Shown: in pieces, positions 13,009 to 26,357 of the stretch
How positions within the stretch are numbered: the first letter of the stretch is position 1
Layout of the letters: every line of letters starts with the position of its first letter
DNA from: Lingula anatina
Taxonomy: Eukaryota > Animalia > Brachiopoda
DNA length: 64,000 nt
Assembly: GCA_051362555.1 (NCBI GenBank)
Contig: CM120646.1
Location: 21,080,001-21,144,000 of the forward strand
Direction of reading: 5' to 3'
The notes under the pieces: model-generated
Database searches by the model: none
What the model was told of the DNA's origin: nothing
The model's input: the letters and a program-made list of their open reading frames with translations, nothing else
Position numbers and translations under genes: made by a program

Positions 13009-16000
13009 TAAAGGCGCCATATTTACGAAAGTATTTCATTTTATAACCAAAGTTAAAGTCTTCGAAATTACTAACCAATAAAGCACTTTGGAAAAAAGAC
13101 ATACCGTAAGTCTCGTCAATCGAACTAATGGAATTAGTCTAGTCCTTTCAAAGGCATGTGACTGTCAAAATATAACGCGAATGCCTCTTAATATGTCATT
13201 CATTCATTCACAGTGTAAGTTGAACAGTACGTACATAGTGGTTTAAGTAGGTGTATTGGAGTTAACGCCAGTATAAAACAACAACAGTTTATAATACGAA
13301 AGCGCAGTATGCAACCCCATCTGGACAAATTGGTTTCAGCTGTGCATTCACAGCCATACATGCTTTTTCTTCGCGACGACTGGGAATTGGGAATAATGTA
13401 GCAAACCTGGACAGGGTTGCGACCCGATTTTTTTTATATTAGCACATTTATTCTGCTGTGGTTTTTTGAAGATATTTCCGATGTGAAGACGGGAATTTCT
13501 GGTGGAACTACAGTGGACGACGGCGTGGGTTTACAAAAATGTCACATAAGTTACGTCCGTCTGGGATTTTTTTCTTCTTTTTTACTTTCTTCTATCTTTT
13601 CTTTACTTGATACTTGTGCTTAATAGCTATGCATGAATTTGTAATTTGCTTTAAGTAGGAACAGACTTAACATAGGTCAAGTGCTCATTGCTTTGACACG
13701 AGACACTTTACAAAAAAGTTTCTCCACTTTCACTGCGTTGTTCCGTTTACTATCAAGAGGCGATGTTATTATCAGTGATAATCAACAATCAGTAATCATA
13801 GTATTGAATTTAATAAAAAAAAGCAGTGTGCCATTTAATTTTTTCTTGTGCTCTTCTATACAAAGACCGAATTGTCTGCCGAGGAAATGCATAGGAAGAT
13901 ACACAGTGGGTGGGGGTAGAGGGTTCAGCGGTCGAAGACCTACAATGTACATTGCATGCCAGCATGTTATGCTGTGGTACATGTACTTATCTATATGCTG
14001 ATTCAAAAAGTATTGTCAATTACTTCCGATGGACTGGGAGAAAATAAATACTAAACTCTTATATAAAAAACTCAAAAATATTTCTTCAGAAATCCGTGCG
14101 GGTCATGGTCTGTTTGGTACATGTACCAATAATGCAGTTTCTTTTTATATGCAAAATGACTTGGTTTATTAGCTGTCATCGTGTACGGACAATGTGAGAC
14201 AATCCTTCAACAAAATAAAACGAAGGCCAAGCTTTCTAATCTTTAAAACCGATGTTGATGACTTATGTTACGTTATTACGTAATCACGCGAGAACTTACG
14301 TGACTCAGTTTGTCCCACTACCGGCTGTATTGTACAACGCCTGTTGATTTAAAAGCAATATGTTTTGAGAAGGAATGTGCTACATGTAATACTGACCGGA
14401 GTCTTAGAGCTCGAACACATCTCTAAGTGTTGGCAAGTGTGTGAACTAAATGCCTCTCTCATCAACTGGCAACAATAACTAAATGCTTTTATCTTCAATC
14501 TGAGGCCAAGAGGCACTTAGTCCGTTCACTCTCATGTTATACTCCACATTATACACGGATTGGTGTCTACCAAATTAAAGCTTGCGTCATGTACTTTCGT
14601 GGCAACTAGACTTTTGTCCTATTTCATTATTATTTTACTTTATTCAATTATTTTCTAAATGTTTTAAATTGCGTACTTTTCGGTTTAATTGTGATTAATT
14701 TCATTTTTCACTCTACGCGGTCCGCTTAGTACGTTTATGATTCTCTCTGCTATATAAGTTCTTAAAATATGATACTAAAATAATGACAACAGTTAAATTA
14801 AAAAAAATATTCTTCGCTCACTGCTGTCTGAAAGAACCCCAAATAAAAGTATATGCCCATATTTCAGCATCACGGCTTGGGGTACAATGTGCGAGCCCGC
14901 CATCTGTCTGATCTTGTTTTCTACGTAATACAATTGTAATTTACGGCCACTAAATTTAATGCTCATTTTCAAGTTAATAAATTTTGGATTTGAAATTGTA
15001 GTCTATTTTACAACTGATGCAAACGTTTTAAACATTTTAATATTAAGTGAGAACCTACACAGAGCACGTTATTTTATTCCAAATGGATTTAATGACATTG
15101 TTTACAACAGCAGAGTTTGTGCAGAGATAAACCCCATGTTAGATGCTCTTTCTGAAAAACGTGTTTGGTTGGGATTTAAAGTATTGTTAAAGAATTAACC
15201 TTACGTCATAACAAGAACTAATACCTGTTCACATTTATGTTTTAGGAAATAGTCGACAATATGTCGGTTTTTACTCCAAATCAAGCAGCATGATTTTCAT
15301 CCATCTATTCTGTATGGTAGTTTTCGCCATACTACGGCATTCATGACACTTAGATACCGAGTTGGCAGTCTTTCTAGTCTTAAATGATTTCTAAATTTAT
15401 ATTGCCAGAAGTCTGTGTAACATATCTGGGTAACAGATTCACTTTATTGCTATTCTGTAGGCGTTTCACAAACTGTTGTCTCACCCTAAATCTCGGTCAT
15501 GTTATTTAATAGGCTGCAGACAACGCTGTGACTGAAAATTGTGTCAAAACAGATAAAATTTAAAACTAGGGCTTTTTTATTTATTCATTTATTAATAATT
15601 ATTATTATTATTATTATTATTATTTTTTTTTTTTTTTGACGTAAGTGGGCTTTAAGATTAAGGAATCTTAGCACATCGATTATCGTCTCAAGCCTAGATC
15701 TTTTTTGCCTAGAATTCCTCCAGGTATTCGGTAACTGTAACGCCGGAGATGCACATGTGTTCATAAGCTGAAGCATCGACGGTGTGACTCCGATTAATTG
15801 TGAATTGGAAATTTGCAGCGGAACCCTTTACGTGCCGTATGTATCAACCAAAATTACCTCATGCTTGTTTCGTTGCCTGAAACCATTTCGGTTTTTAAGG
15901 CGCATTACTCTTCAGCTCGAGAATGGAAAACGCCACAAGCTGCACGCTGGTTGATTTTAGAAGAAAAATGAGCAATTAAAAGGTGTGCAACGACACCTTT

Positions 16001-16578
16001 CCCCCACGTTAATGTGCTGTTGTCAAGGCTGAATGCATAAAATGCGCCAAACGTAACACCTCGTAAATCTTATTAGCCGAAAACTACATAACTAAGTACA
16101 AGTTCAAACCTGGAGAACAACAATCTATTGTTTTAACAATAAGGTTAACTCAATACACACAAGAGAATGTCTTAAAAGACCAAAAACTGTAAAGAACAAC
16201 GCCATAAAGTTAACCAAAAATGCTCCAAAAGCAATAACGTTCGAACCCTGGGCCATGCAAACGGGGTGTTAAGTTGAAAAACAGAAAATGTGCCAAATCA
16301 CCACGCTATAAAGTTTATAACCCGAAAACAATACTCAACCGCCAATAAACCGGTCTGTCGGACCACCATTTTGACAATGTCAGTGCTCCCGCCGAGAGTT
16401 AACTCAATACACACAGTAAAATGTCTGGGGCTGAGATTTAATTTTTCGAATACCATTTTATATCAAAGGCAGATTCCAGTTTTCCTTCTAAGTGCGACGT
16501 TTTTTCACGGTGTACATTGTTATACACTATAGAAAAAGGCCGAATTAAAGTAGTTACTCTCTTTCTTTCCCTCTCTTC

Positions 16579-16614
<36 letters not shown>

Positions 16615-18909
16615 GGGAGAAGCAATTTTGTGGCATAAGATACACCATCAAAACACTTCTCTCTGGTGCGTTTCACTCAATTACTCAGCAACTTTTCAGC
16701 AACCTAACCTGGGATCATGACATTTCTTGAACTTCATCTACTGAAAGAAACTCAAAACGTTTTAAAAACATTCTTCTTTACGGTCCTCTAGAAAAGTATG
16801 TCTTCTGCAACTGGTTTTAAGGCCATGTCTAAAATATCTATTCCGTTCTAAAATCTCAAGATTCTCTTGTTCTTAAACCAGGAACCTGCACTTTTTAGCT
16901 CCAACGAGCTACATCATATTTCACGCGAGTTTAACAAGCATCTCAGGCATCTTTGACCAAAGTGCTGGAATGTTTTTGTTTTTATAATATGCTTGCCGAT
17001 ACTATTAAAGCCAGGTTTGGAAACAGACAGCAATAATACGCCTACAAAAGCTACATCCTTTACCTCGTAAGGCAAAACTATGATTGCAATTTGTGCAAAT
17101 TAATACTTTGTTCAAAGCAAAACTGAACTAAACTAAAACTTCGTGTAATTCTCTCTTGAAAAGCACCATATTTCTGCTAAAATTGAAGTTATGTAGCTAA
17201 TCACGAACATGTGTGTTCATTTTCCCAATACAAAAGGAATGTGTAAATTTGGTACCGATAAAGAATTGAAGGAAATAGCACATAAGGAGTGATAACCTTG
17301 CAACAAATCCGTACGCTGTGCCTCAATGAAAAAGCACAAGATTGCAAAAACCAAACGCGACCCCCATTATTTAGTTTTTTTAGATTGCATACCCCATTAT
17401 GCCACACAAAACGAAATTACAGCAATACTACTAGAAACCCCGAGCGCTGATGTGGCGTGTTTGTTTAAAAGTAATTGTATTTCGGAATGTTTAGTTAAAG
17501 AATTCTCTCCAATTTATTGCATTTGAGAAATATGTACACATAGACGTAGCGCTAATTATTCACGATGGGAAAATGAAGGGAAACCAAGAGCAATGAATTC
17601 TTGTACATAAAAAAGAGAAAAAAGAGATAAAAGAGTAATATCGTCGAGCAGAATTCGAACATATTCGAGGAAAAACGTACTTATTTACATGGTTCCCACA
17701 GGGAGAAAGTCAGTTTAGGGGTCAGAATTTAGACCTGTGTTATGTATAGGGGAGTTTTATTTGATCACTTGACAGCCAGCACTTAACTTAGTCGAGTTAC
17801 TCACAGGTTATAAGAGGAGGGATGAGACCAAGAGAACTCTGCCCCTTCAGTGCCAAAATTAGCCTAATTACTAGAGCCATTCTAAAATGTTTGACTCTGC
17901 TATACATTGAATTGCACTTTGTGTATATTCAGTATGGTGTACATAACTTATTTTGCCAAGTTATTTATGTTTCTGTATCCTGCTTTTAATGGAAAGACAA
18001 TAAATCAAGCCTTCTGATTACCTCACTGAGCTGGGACATGCATTCACGTAATACACATTAACCCGTACTGAAATATGGTACCATAATGAAAAAACATTAT
18101 CACAAATATCTCGGTTGTCAAGTTGAAGAAACCCTTCGCTTTGCTTTAGGTCTCAATTAAAATATTTGGGGCGGGAGTTTAAAATACAAATGTGAACTTA
18201 GACTACTCGTATATTCTGACGTCACAGATCGCTGCTGCTTTCGCGGTCCAAACTGAATACACTTTTAAGCATATGACAATTAATACCGTTCATAGTACCA
18301 TGCTAGTTTATAAAATAGGTCACTGTACAAGATATTTCTGGCCCTGTTGCTATCTTAACACGACAGCTTCACAACATGTATAAACCGCAATAAATATGGC
18401 GGTGACTCATCTACATGTTATTACACAATAATTGCATACCCCGTTGAGAAGTTAAACCCCACGATCTGGGATAGCCTATAATACCGTCTGGCCCGCTACC
18501 GAAATTGTTTCTTTCTAATATAGGCATAATAATGTCAATATAACTACATAATGGCAAAAACACTGGGCCACTGTTTACCCATGCAGATTGCCTGTCGTTA
18601 AGGCTTGTTGTTCCAATGACAAATAAAAATGGAAACAAATGTAAACTATAAAAAAACACTCATATAGCAGAGCTCTATTTTCATTGTTTTCATTCCAGTA
18701 ATGAACAATTAATCAGTGGTTTACAACCAACATCTAATCGTTTGTGACGAGGTTTAATCCTCACAGTATCTGAAAATTTCATCGACCCCCCTCCCCCCCC
18801 ACAACTCTTCTATGACGTTTTTGAAAACAAAAATAAAAACTCCTTGGTGGAGGTAGGCTACACGTATTTATATACCGTGACAACAAACGATATGGGACTG
18901 TTGATGCAC

Positions 18910-19145
18910 TGAGATATCACAGTATAATGATATGGTCATGGTGAATTGTGATATCACAGTATAATGATATGTTCATGGTGTATTGTGATATCACAGTATA
19001 ATGATATGTTCATGGTGTATTGTGATATCACAGTATAATGATATGTTCATGGTGTAAAGTGATATCTCGGTATAAAGTTATGGTCATTGTGGACTGTTTC
19101 ACTGTGTAATGAAATGGTCACTGTGAACTGTGGTATTATGGTATG
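18910..19145. repeat. 37-bp minisatellite, 4 good plus 2-3 decayed copies
   Basis: TGTGATATCACAGTATAATGATATGTTCATGGTGTAT recurring at 18914, 18951, 18988, 19025. Confidence 0.9.
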
Positions 19146-20785
19146 AGAATGATGATGTGATACGTCACGATGTCATGTTTTGGCCACTTTTTGCGTTTTT
19201 ACTGACTTCACCAATTAATGCTTGGAAGTGATCGACAGCTATATCAACCGAATCATATCATTCTTCAAGCGAACCAAAGTATTACAGGAATGCACCATGT
19301 TACCGTGTGATGTGCTTGTTAATTCACATCTACCCGAAACACTTTGCAGTGCCGTTTGAAGTCGTGACAACGGCATATGGTCCATGGTGGACCGAACATC
19401 CTGTACCCAGCGGGCCACAAAGGTTTCTACAAGTAAAGAAACACAAACTCACGGCAGGTCATCGGGGTCGTCAAGTCGTAAACAGAGACAGCGGCATCTG
19501 TGCAAATAAGTGCCCATTGACATAGATTGCAGAAATACTAACATACTGGATCCATGATGTGATATTAAGATGCACCAAACGATGTAAAACTTTGCGGAAA
19601 TAAAACGTTGTGAAGTTATCAAGAACTATTGAACTGGCAGAAAATACACAAATGGAGTGCTCGAACATCGGAAATACGAACAGATATTTCAATTATTTTG
19701 TGACTTACTTTTCAACTGTTGAGACAGGTGAAGGCCAATCCTCTGATTTTTTCCCCATATATTTACGATTTTCAAGTCGTTTTTAAGTGAAATAATTTTG
19801 TCGAAGTGTAAATGGTGGTTAGAGAGCATTTTAAATGCATGTGCAGCATGCACAAGGTCTGTAGATGAACTGGAAACAAGAGACTGATGTATGACTCTCT
19901 TTTCCCTTAGATGTATTGATAACATTGTTACACCTATTATTAGTAAAATTGTTTTTTTAAAGCAGTTTTTAAACGTCATATTGCAACCATTATGGTTAAT
20001 TTTGATTGATATGATATGATATGATATGATATGATATGACAACTATTCACTTCTTAGTTGGAATGCTAGTAGTAGTAAGACTAAAGATGTGGAAGTTCAC
20101 GTCGCCAACCCTCAATAACCATCACAATTCTGATAATCGAAATCTAGAATCATCAAATTGAAATAAGACAATTTTGAACATTGCTTTGCTAAGTATATTC
20201 TTAAGATATATTTTTACAAATACACGTTCTCAAGCAGTTCCTTCGCCAACTTTGGCGTTTTTTAACTTCGTGCTAAATAAGGAGAAAAATCAGTTTTCTT
20301 TTGTATTTTTCCATCTCAGGCGAAAGCGCGGTCTAACGCTTTCAATTTCTCTTTATCCCCAGGGCATCGAAATAACCCACATATAAATTTCTTTGATACT
20401 TCTTTGGTAAACATGTTTTCAAATCTTAAAAAAGGGGTGCACTTAATCGAAATCAATTTTTTTTTGCTTTGAGCTGAAAAATATGTTGTGATTAAAACGG
20501 AACTGTTTTTAATGTCGACCACTGAGTTTACACATAAGAATGTTGAATATGTTATTTAGCGTTATTGTTTTATGCATAATGTTATTTATGCATAAGAGAA
20601 TAGCGCTAAATAACACTGTGTATAAGACAATAACGATAAATAACAATATGTTATTACATTGGTCTTTGATAAACAACAAACGTCCCATTTGGTTTGCAGC
20701 ACAATGTTTATACACAAGTAATCTCGCATTAGTCCAGGCTATATAGACCATTTTGGGGTTGAACTTGGAAAAATTGCAACGTAAT

Positions 20786-20834
<49 letters not shown>

Positions 20835-23800
20835 ATTGCACTTCCTTTCCAAATCAACATACTAAGTCCCGAAGAATTCCTACATGGGAAACACGGACAG
20901 TCCAAAAAGGCTTTCGACTTCCGGCAGCCATTTTGGATGCAACAAATGACATCAATATTGATTTTAAAAAGTGAAGAATTGCATATGTTTCTATGGTATT
21001 TGGGATTTTTCTTTTTGCCATGCCGGAATTCTTCGGGGCTGTCAGGGTATTGATAGGAAGACCAAGGTGAAAAATGGATTTTGTTGCAATTTTGTCCAAG
21101 TGATTTTATTTTGCATGGCCTTTTGTTTCTGTGTTAATTTTTTCTTATGTTTCTAGTACTGAAATGTTGCAACATAGATGTAGGGCTTATGCCGTCGAAT
21201 ACGCGTGTAAAGTGCAGTACTCTGTCTTCTTCAATAGCTGGGGCTGTGGATGAGTATTGTATGGAGAGAGAGCACGCAAATGGACATCTAAACACATCCA
21301 TACACGTGTACAGACATTAATTCTAAAATAGTAAGTATTCTTGGATATAGCCTGCATGCATGCGCACGCACACAAACACACACACGCACACACGCACACA
21401 CACACACACACACACACGACAGTCAAACTCCTTTTCATTGGCGCAGACAAACGTAGGTGTCCCTGTTTCAGACAATAAACAGGCGTTCGGGTAAAAAACC
21501 GCATATGCAATTAAACAGACAGAGAAACGTTCGCTCATACTGACAGACAGAAAATAAGATATTAAAGAAATGAAGAGGACAGATATGTGAATGAACAAAA
21601 ATATGTGTCAACTAATCTCACTGTTTTTATTCTCATCGTAATACCCGTTCCCTGATTCCGTGCTCAGTACAGGAACATACGCGTAGTGTGTAGTCTCGTT
21701 CTGATAAACAAAACCACCATTAAACCGGCAGTTGAATATTTGCACGTTCATAGCGTCTGTCTCCAGTTGAACTTGGTCGTGTTTAGCGTGCTGGAAACAT
21801 TGCTGGGATGACAACAGTAAGAGGCGACCAACGGCAGTTAACGCGACGAAGGTTTCACTGGGCTAAGAAGCACGCGTATGCTCCCGTCAATTTACGTGCT
21901 CCCCCTTCCTGTGACCCCTGATCGATATGCTTCTAATTTTCACTTTTCGCTCTAGCTTTCACTTAAATTTAATGAAGAAATTAAATTCATGCCTACTGTA
22001 TATAGATACCTAAGAAATAAAGGGATTTGTAATTGGTGTCAAGTGTATGAAAAATCCCCACAGAGAACCGCATTCCCATTATAGCAGTAGGTCTTACCAA
22101 CATCATGCGCTCTACGGCATTTTAATGTAAGCATTGGAAATGAAATAATTGCTGAAAGACCAATTACCCATTTTTGATACTCGTTTTTTAAATGCACAAT
22201 CATCTAGCATGGGTGAAGAATTCATGCTTTACTGGTCGAATGAGAAAAAAAGAAAAACAGGGCGTGAATTAACAAAGTCTTGGCATACCGAGATAGAAGT
22301 TTAACAACTTGCGTTTCATTTAAAGAAAACAAATCTGTTAAACGATCCAACCTATTCTCTTTTAATTATGCCTTATTTTTAAATTCCGAATATCACCATG
22401 TTAAAACTATGTGCGAATGATGGTACATACTGTTTCAATCATACTGAACTTTGTGGTACCATGTGTATACCTGTATATACATTATAAAGGGGTTACTTTT
22501 TGAATAAGATATGTAAAACATTAATATGATTGAAGTGAACGAATCCAGCGTTATTAACAAAGTACAAGCAACAAGTTGTGTTTCTTTTCCTGGAGATGTA
22601 CACAATTATGCCGTGATGCGAATCCGTCCGCCAAAAAGTTGACTATCCAACGCTCGGGAGAACCGATATTTTATACTTGCTTTCAATAGCTTTACATAAT
22701 TCATAATATTTCAGCCGTGTCACTTTGATATTTATTTACTTAATAAAAGCACTCACACATTGATGAAATACCTTAAAATCTTTAGATAACGTCTTGATTT
22801 AAGACCATTGTTACATAAATGCTCCATTCATTGGCCAAAAATGGAATGGTAACGCACTCAACTGACCCTGTGGAAATCAGTTTGCTTCTGTTTTTTTTTT
22901 TTTTTTTTTTTTTTTTTACGTTTTTAATTCAATTAAATTTTTGTATTTTATGTGTTTCTGAACGTACGCCGACATTATAAATAAGTTATTTTTGAAGCTT
23001 TTGAAGTTGAATAACCTTCACACTTGCATAACCCAGTCAATCATGGAATAAGTAAAATTGCCAAATGTCTGGCTCAGCCCACCTTTAAAATAATAACGTT
23101 AATAAGTCAGTCAAAGACTTACTATCTAAATCTGAATTTATATGATTTGAATAGGTACCACATGAAAAGTTTTTGACAAGCGACACCTCTTATTTGCCCT
23201 TTACGTGGCAGTTTTTACATATAATAAGGACTTCAAACAAATGTTTCAAACGTTTCTGTTCGTTATTATTTTGACTCGCCGTTGCAGTAGCTTGTTTATT
23301 ATTAGCGATTAATACCCCCGATCGTTTGCACTCGAGGACACTATGAACGGGAACATTTTAGGAGTAGCCTAAAATTAGACAGCAAAATGACTGAATAGGA
23401 CATTAGAAATCCAGATTATCTATCAGAACTTGGACTTAAAAAGCTATGATTTACATTTGGACACGAAAATTGTTTTTGTTTGAACACGTGTCAAGTCTTA
23501 ATATTGAATCCCACTCCTAGGCAATTACTTCCATCTTGGTCCCGAGTGAAAAGCTAAGCCCAGAGCGTGCTCGTTTTCCTTCTGAAGTAGCTGGCACTAA
23601 ATGTCAAAATCAATGATTGATCTGCACTATCAATGCGAAACTTTTTTAAAAGGTAACGCACCGGTAGAGAAAACAGATATTTGCAACCATTCAGCTACAC
23701 ACTGTAACAATAGTCCCCGAGAGCGCAATCGCCAAAATTGCCAGTTTTATGCAGAAGCGTTCCAGACGGCCGGCGCGTCAGTTTGTGACGAAACTAGTGT

Positions 23801-24745
23801 CGACAAGCCGTTATAACGAATAAACTGTACAAAGAAAGGTAAACGATTTTACAGTGTATACAGCTGTTCCGAAGTCTCTATTTGTGGGTCTCTGAAACCC
23901 CCAGACGGCATTTCTACTTTATCATATGTCGTTTTCATACTAGACGGAAGGGAGAGGGGGGTCTATATTCAGCGGAAACTTGAAACAGAGGGGGCGAAGA
24001 AATCTGTCAGTCAAATGATTATTTTTAGGGGGACATGTTTCACTCCTAATAAATAAATATTCCCAAACGCCTTAATTTCCGAGTCTCTGTCTCCATATAA
24101 GCAATATTCCAAGATGGAGCCGCGGCGTTTTTCCCTAACGACAGGGTGTCCTAAGCCGTATCTCAAAGGGTATAGAGAAACAGGTAGTCGATTAAATTCA
24201 CACAGGTTTGGGTTATCTTGACGGTCCTAATCAAAGAGGGGGCTTACTGTACAAACCAATGGAACCCGATCGTGTATCACAGGTGACTCTCGTCATGACG
24301 TAGGAAACAGCATTACAAAATCATAATTAACATCAAGGTAGAAAAAATAACCAAAAAAGGAAGTGCAGAGATTACTTGATTTTCAAGATTTGAAGTACCA
24401 CAGTAATTTGGTGGTTTTTCTCAAAGAATTTAAGTTTCGCTGAGCCGGAAACCGTAATGTGCAAGCATTAAAGCCATCAATGTTTTAGAAAAAATAAAAA
24501 CAAAAAAGGAATTCGAAGCAGTCCAGATATTATGAGCTTTTGTTTATCAAGATTGTGAAGAACTAAAACAAAAGTGTAAATATTTGACATTACAAAACGA
24601 AAGCATTTCAAGCATCGTGAATCACTAATAGAGATAAATTACGTGATTTAAACTGATGGCCTGCAAAAGACAAATTATTCATTTTTCGCAAAGGACCGTT
24701 TTCCCTTATACCGGATAATTTTAAATTTGCAAACTGATTTAAAGA

Positions 24746-24747
<2 letters not shown>

Positions 24748-24821
<74 letters not shown>
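24748..24821. repeat. (GT)n(GA)n microsatellite
   Basis: Direct reading. Confidence 0.95.
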
Positions 24822-25981
24822 CCTAAATCGACCTTTAAGTCACAAATCACTACGAACGAAATGTCTGTACATCTTAGTGGGGCTGATAAGTCAACATTAT
24901 ATCAAAGAGGGTCAGCTTAAAGCTGGCTGACCACTACCTGATGACGTCAGCGTGGGTCAGGCATGCGCGTTATTCCTTTAATACGTCCTCGTGACGGAAG
25001 CAGGGGGATTAATACATATAGGTCCGGGTCATCGCCCAATATGGCGTCTATAGTGGTCAAAGGGTGACGATAGTTGATAGCGATAGTTGAATACCACTGG
25101 ACATTGGCATCTCTATGGGGGGTATTGACCATATTGTCGTTGGAGCCATTGTCAAAATGTCACATTCCTCTTTGTCTCTCCATCAATTTCCCCCTTTCTT
25201 CTTAAAAGTTTATGTAATATTCTAGTGATATAATTGGCGTTCCACAATACCTAACTCGTAAATGTGAAGTGTCACAATGATTGGTTTTCCAACGCTGTTT
25301 CCTTCGTAACATTTGTGCAGGTAAATGTCTACATCACTTCCTCAGAAATTTTAATGATTTGGTTAAAAGTGAAAATAAAACAATTTAAGAAGGTTTAGCA
25401 ATAAACGATACAGCAGAACATGGTTTGTTACCCGATTCTAGTCGTGGGAATTTTGCCATTCCGTGTTAAAGTAGCTGGGATTAAATCGCCACAAGCGACT
25501 CTCTATTTCTTTCTAATCATAGGACGTGCGCATATAAAATACCAAATTGGGTGAGGTAAAATGGGCGACTGCGGTCTTGAAAAAAACATTATGTCCCCGA
25601 CTTTGAACCCAGACTAATAATCAGTCCTGAATGGTTCCAGATCTGCGGAAAGAATGTTCGGTCGCTGTAAAATGTGTGAACGTTTTCGCGAATTAACCGC
25701 GATGCGATTTAAGTGCTTAATAACTCGCTACCTAATCGTCGTTCTTGGATCGCGTTTGCAACAGTCTGGAACAGTCAAAGCTTATAACCGTCAAGAAAAA
25801 CCCCACAGTTTATTCTCCGCAGATGGAAAAAATAGGAATTATTACTTTTGAGGTAACGCCGTGTGTCGCGAGCGTACCTCTGCCCTGTTCTTAACTAGAA
25901 GCAAGCATTGCAAGCACCGAGACGGTAAATTAGAGCAGGCGTGGAACCGCTATTTCCTCAGGAAACACTGACTCGGCTCTG

Positions 25982-26059
25982 ATTGGGTAAATGGTAATCG
26001 AGTTTACTTTAGGCCATGGTACCATTGGTGTATGCCTAATGACTGGCCGGGGATATAAA
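25982..26059 (+). promoter_or_regulatory. Collagen core promoter: TATA box plus two inverted CCAAT boxes
   Basis: TATAAA 26054-26059; ATTGG 25982-25986 and 26024-26028; 235 nt upstream of the signal-peptide ATG. Confidence 0.7.
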
Positions 26060-26293
26060 CCTTGGGCTCTGAAGTCTCGGTGCTTTACAGCCAGGGAAAG
26101 AGTTGTGTGTAGAGATTCTGAAAGAGGACGGCGTCCAGGCAACCACATTTGTTGCCTGAGATTTTCCACTGATTGCTGTCTGAGTCTGAGAGTAACTGCC
26201 ACCACAGCAGTAGCTCGGATCTCGTCAGCCCGTATACTGTACACTGATATAGGGATAGAGTAGAGACTGACTTATTCCAAGCACGGCAAGACG

Positions 26294-26357
26294 ATGAGGT
26301 TATTAGACGTACTAGCCTGCACCTTGTTGGTGTCAGCTGTTCTAGCAGAACCTTTAG
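26294..26357 (+). CDS. Exon 1: signal peptide [21 protein letters not shown]
   Basis: ACGATGA start, hydrophobic core, VLA-E cleavage, AG|GTAAGT donor, phase 1 matches next exon. Confidence 0.9.

Noticed and set aside
18910-19145. 37-bp repeat resembling a CRISPR repeat length
   Set aside because: Head-to-tail with no spacers, eukaryotic context: minisatellite
133-25900. Many 60-120 aa ORFs upstream of the collagen
   Set aside because: No recognisable domains, low complexity or microsatellite-derived, no consistent splice chain; expected by chance
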